Both the position numbers and the translations under genes were made by a program. The notes beneath the pieces are model-generated. The model did not search any database. It was given only the letters and a program-made list of their open reading frames with translations, and was not told where the DNA came from. A DNA stretch of 55,062 nucleotides. Source: a virus (lineage: Duplodnaviria; Caudoviricetes). Below, one piece after another: positions 53,730 to 55,062 of the stretch; position 1 is the first letter of the stretch; each line of letters begins with the position of its first letter. The stretch lies in IMG/VR virus record IMGVR_UViG_3300020045_015842, positions 1 through 55,062 of that record, one strand, 5' to 3'.

Positions 53730-54107
53730 TTAAATTACTGAATAATATACTTCTGGGACATCCCCTAGAATCGGAGCTTCTGCAAATGTAATAAAAGCTG
53801 CACCATTTACTCCAGAAAGTGTATAACCTACTCTTCCGGGATTTAATACAATCATAGGTTTAGTTAGTGTATTACTAATATCACAATCTACTGGAAGAGC
53901 AAATATGGTTGTTCCTGCAACAATGTTTGTTTCTTCATCTAATACACCATCTGTAGAAGAAATGAGAAATAATTTTAAACTTCCTCCTGCAATTGTCCCT
54001 CCTGTTATTTTAGAAGTAACTTTTGCTAGTTGGTCTAGCTGTTTTAATATTTCATACAAGAGTTTTCCTGTAGTATCTAACCCTGTAGGTTTTGAAATTA
54101 TAGCCAT
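53730..54107 (-). CDS. probable structural protein
   Basis: ORF track; ITFAEAP..GD tail-fibre-like motif. Confidence 0.5.
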   Translation of the reverse strand: MAIISKPTGLDTTGKLLYEILKQLDQLAKVTSKITGGTIAGGSLKLFLISSTDGVLDEETNIVAGTTIFALPVDCDISNTLTKPMIVLNPGRVGYTLSGVNGAAFITFAEAPILGDVPEVYYSVI

Positions 54108-54131
54108 AATGAATTTATTTTAAATATATTA

Positions 54132-54163
54132 CAAAGCTAATTTATTCTGAAGAAAAATACAAA
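54132..54163 (-). promoter_or_regulatory. Bacteroidota housekeeping-sigma promoter
   Basis: On - strand TTTG-N20-TAGCTTTG, an exact -33/-7 consensus, 24 nt before ATG 54107. Confidence 0.7.
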
Positions 54164-54164
54164 T

Positions 54165-54848
54165 TTATTTTATTAAAAATATTGCTCCTGCAACTCCTAC
54201 ACCAATGCCAATCCCCCCAACAACTAAATAAGGTTTTAATTTGAATTTATTCTTATCCAGAGGAATTATATATGAATCTATATCATTTACTTTAAAATAA
54301 TCATTACTATTAGATACATTAACTAGTATTTTATTATCTTTTGAGAATTTGTGGCTAATATAAAGTTCATTTGGTATTTTTAACTTCTGTATAAGAAGAG
54401 ATTCTAGTTTTGTATTTACAAGGAAATCATATTGAAGATTTGGTGTATCATAAACAAAATTCAATGTACCCCTTACCTTATCTACAATTGGTTTATTGTT
54501 AGTTAAACTATCAATTACTACTTCTTGATGAATATTTGTAGCTTCAATTAGCATATTTTTCTTCTCTAGAGTATTTATTTTATCTACTAACTGTTTACTA
54601 TTTGCATCAAGTTTATTATATGCTTTCTCTAAGGAAGAGTATTTTACATTGAAAGTTTGTTTTTCATGTGTATATTCTCCTAGTTTATTCCTATAAGTTT
54701 TTATAGAATCATTTAATACATTAATTATATTATTTTCTGTTTCTAGTTTACTTATTTTATTATTTTTAACCCATCCATTTATAACTAAAATAATTATAAT
54801 AATTAATAAAATTATGTATCCCCAATATTTACTTAAAATAGTTTTCAT
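54165..54848 (-). CDS. membrane-anchored coiled-coil protein (spanin-like lysis accessory)
   Basis: N-terminal TM, coiled coil, C-terminal hydrophobic GxG tail. Confidence 0.5.
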   Translation of the reverse strand: MKTILSKYWGYIILLIIIIILVINGWVKNNKISKLETENNIINVLNDSIKTYRNKLGEYTHEKQTFNVKYSSLEKAYNKLDANSKQLVDKINTLEKKNMLIEATNIHQEVVIDSLTNNKPIVDKVRGTLNFVYDTPNLQYDFLVNTKLESLLIQKLKIPNELYISHKFSKDNKILVNVSNSNDYFKVNDIDSYIIPLDKNKFKLKPYLVVGGIGIGVGVAGAIFLIK

Positions 54849-55062
54849 TTTAATTATTATTAATTTCTGCTCCTCCTCTAGAGACATCTCCCATAAATTC
54901 TTTTAGTGCTTGAGTATATCTCTTTTCAAATATTTCACTTTGTACTAAAGGATTTCTACTAAATACATAAGTATAAAGATCTGTGATATCATTTTGTAAA
55001 AAAACTACTTGTTGTTTTGAAGCAAACTTTTCTTCTAATTTTTCATTAGTCATTCTCGTTGC

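Noticed and set aside
46169-54123. Plus-strand ORFs 46169, 48184, 48922, 52639, 53905
   Set aside because: Antisense to the late genes, no motifs
1-55062. Stop-codon reassignment (TAG/TGA), known in some crAss-like phages
   Set aside because: Long genes on both strands are intact in code 11; the only internal stop noticed is one TAA, and no suppressor tRNA was seen
1-55062. CRISPR array or tRNA genes
   Set aside because: No regularly spaced repeats and no cloverleaf with a T-loop GTTCRA seen by eye; tRNAscan/ARAGORN not run

Overview
Very AT-rich, CpG-poor, densely coded fragment of a dsDNA tailed-phage genome. It most resembles an environmental crAss-like phage of Bacteroidota: A-rich, SD-less starts, a TTTG-N20-TAnnTTTG promoter and a typical gene set (this assignment is an inference). 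Positions ~1-46,070 (+ strand) hold early, accessory and replication genes: PolA, DnaB-like helicase, SF2 helicase, AAA NTPase, SSB, primase, DUF932-like protein, UDG-like protein, PD-(D/E)xK nuclease, RecA, GroES-like protein and glycosyltransferases. Positions ~46,100-55,062 (- strand) are the end of a convergent late/structural unit with ferritin-like, Kelch, beta-helix, glycosyltransferase and spanin-like genes. The standout is an apparently complete phage-encoded ubiquitin-like conjugation cassette (Ubl precursor, E2-like, JAB protease, E1/ThiF; 9433-13307). Other highlights: a group I intron splitting the DEVH motif of the SF2 helicase, an HNH-bearing intein in the RecA P-loop, two further GIY-YIG insertions (one 5'-truncated and missed by the ORF track), a probably inactive UDG, three glycosyltransferases, several structured non-coding cassettes and an over-represented palindrome TCTATAGA. 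All calls come from motif reading by eye; no searches were run.
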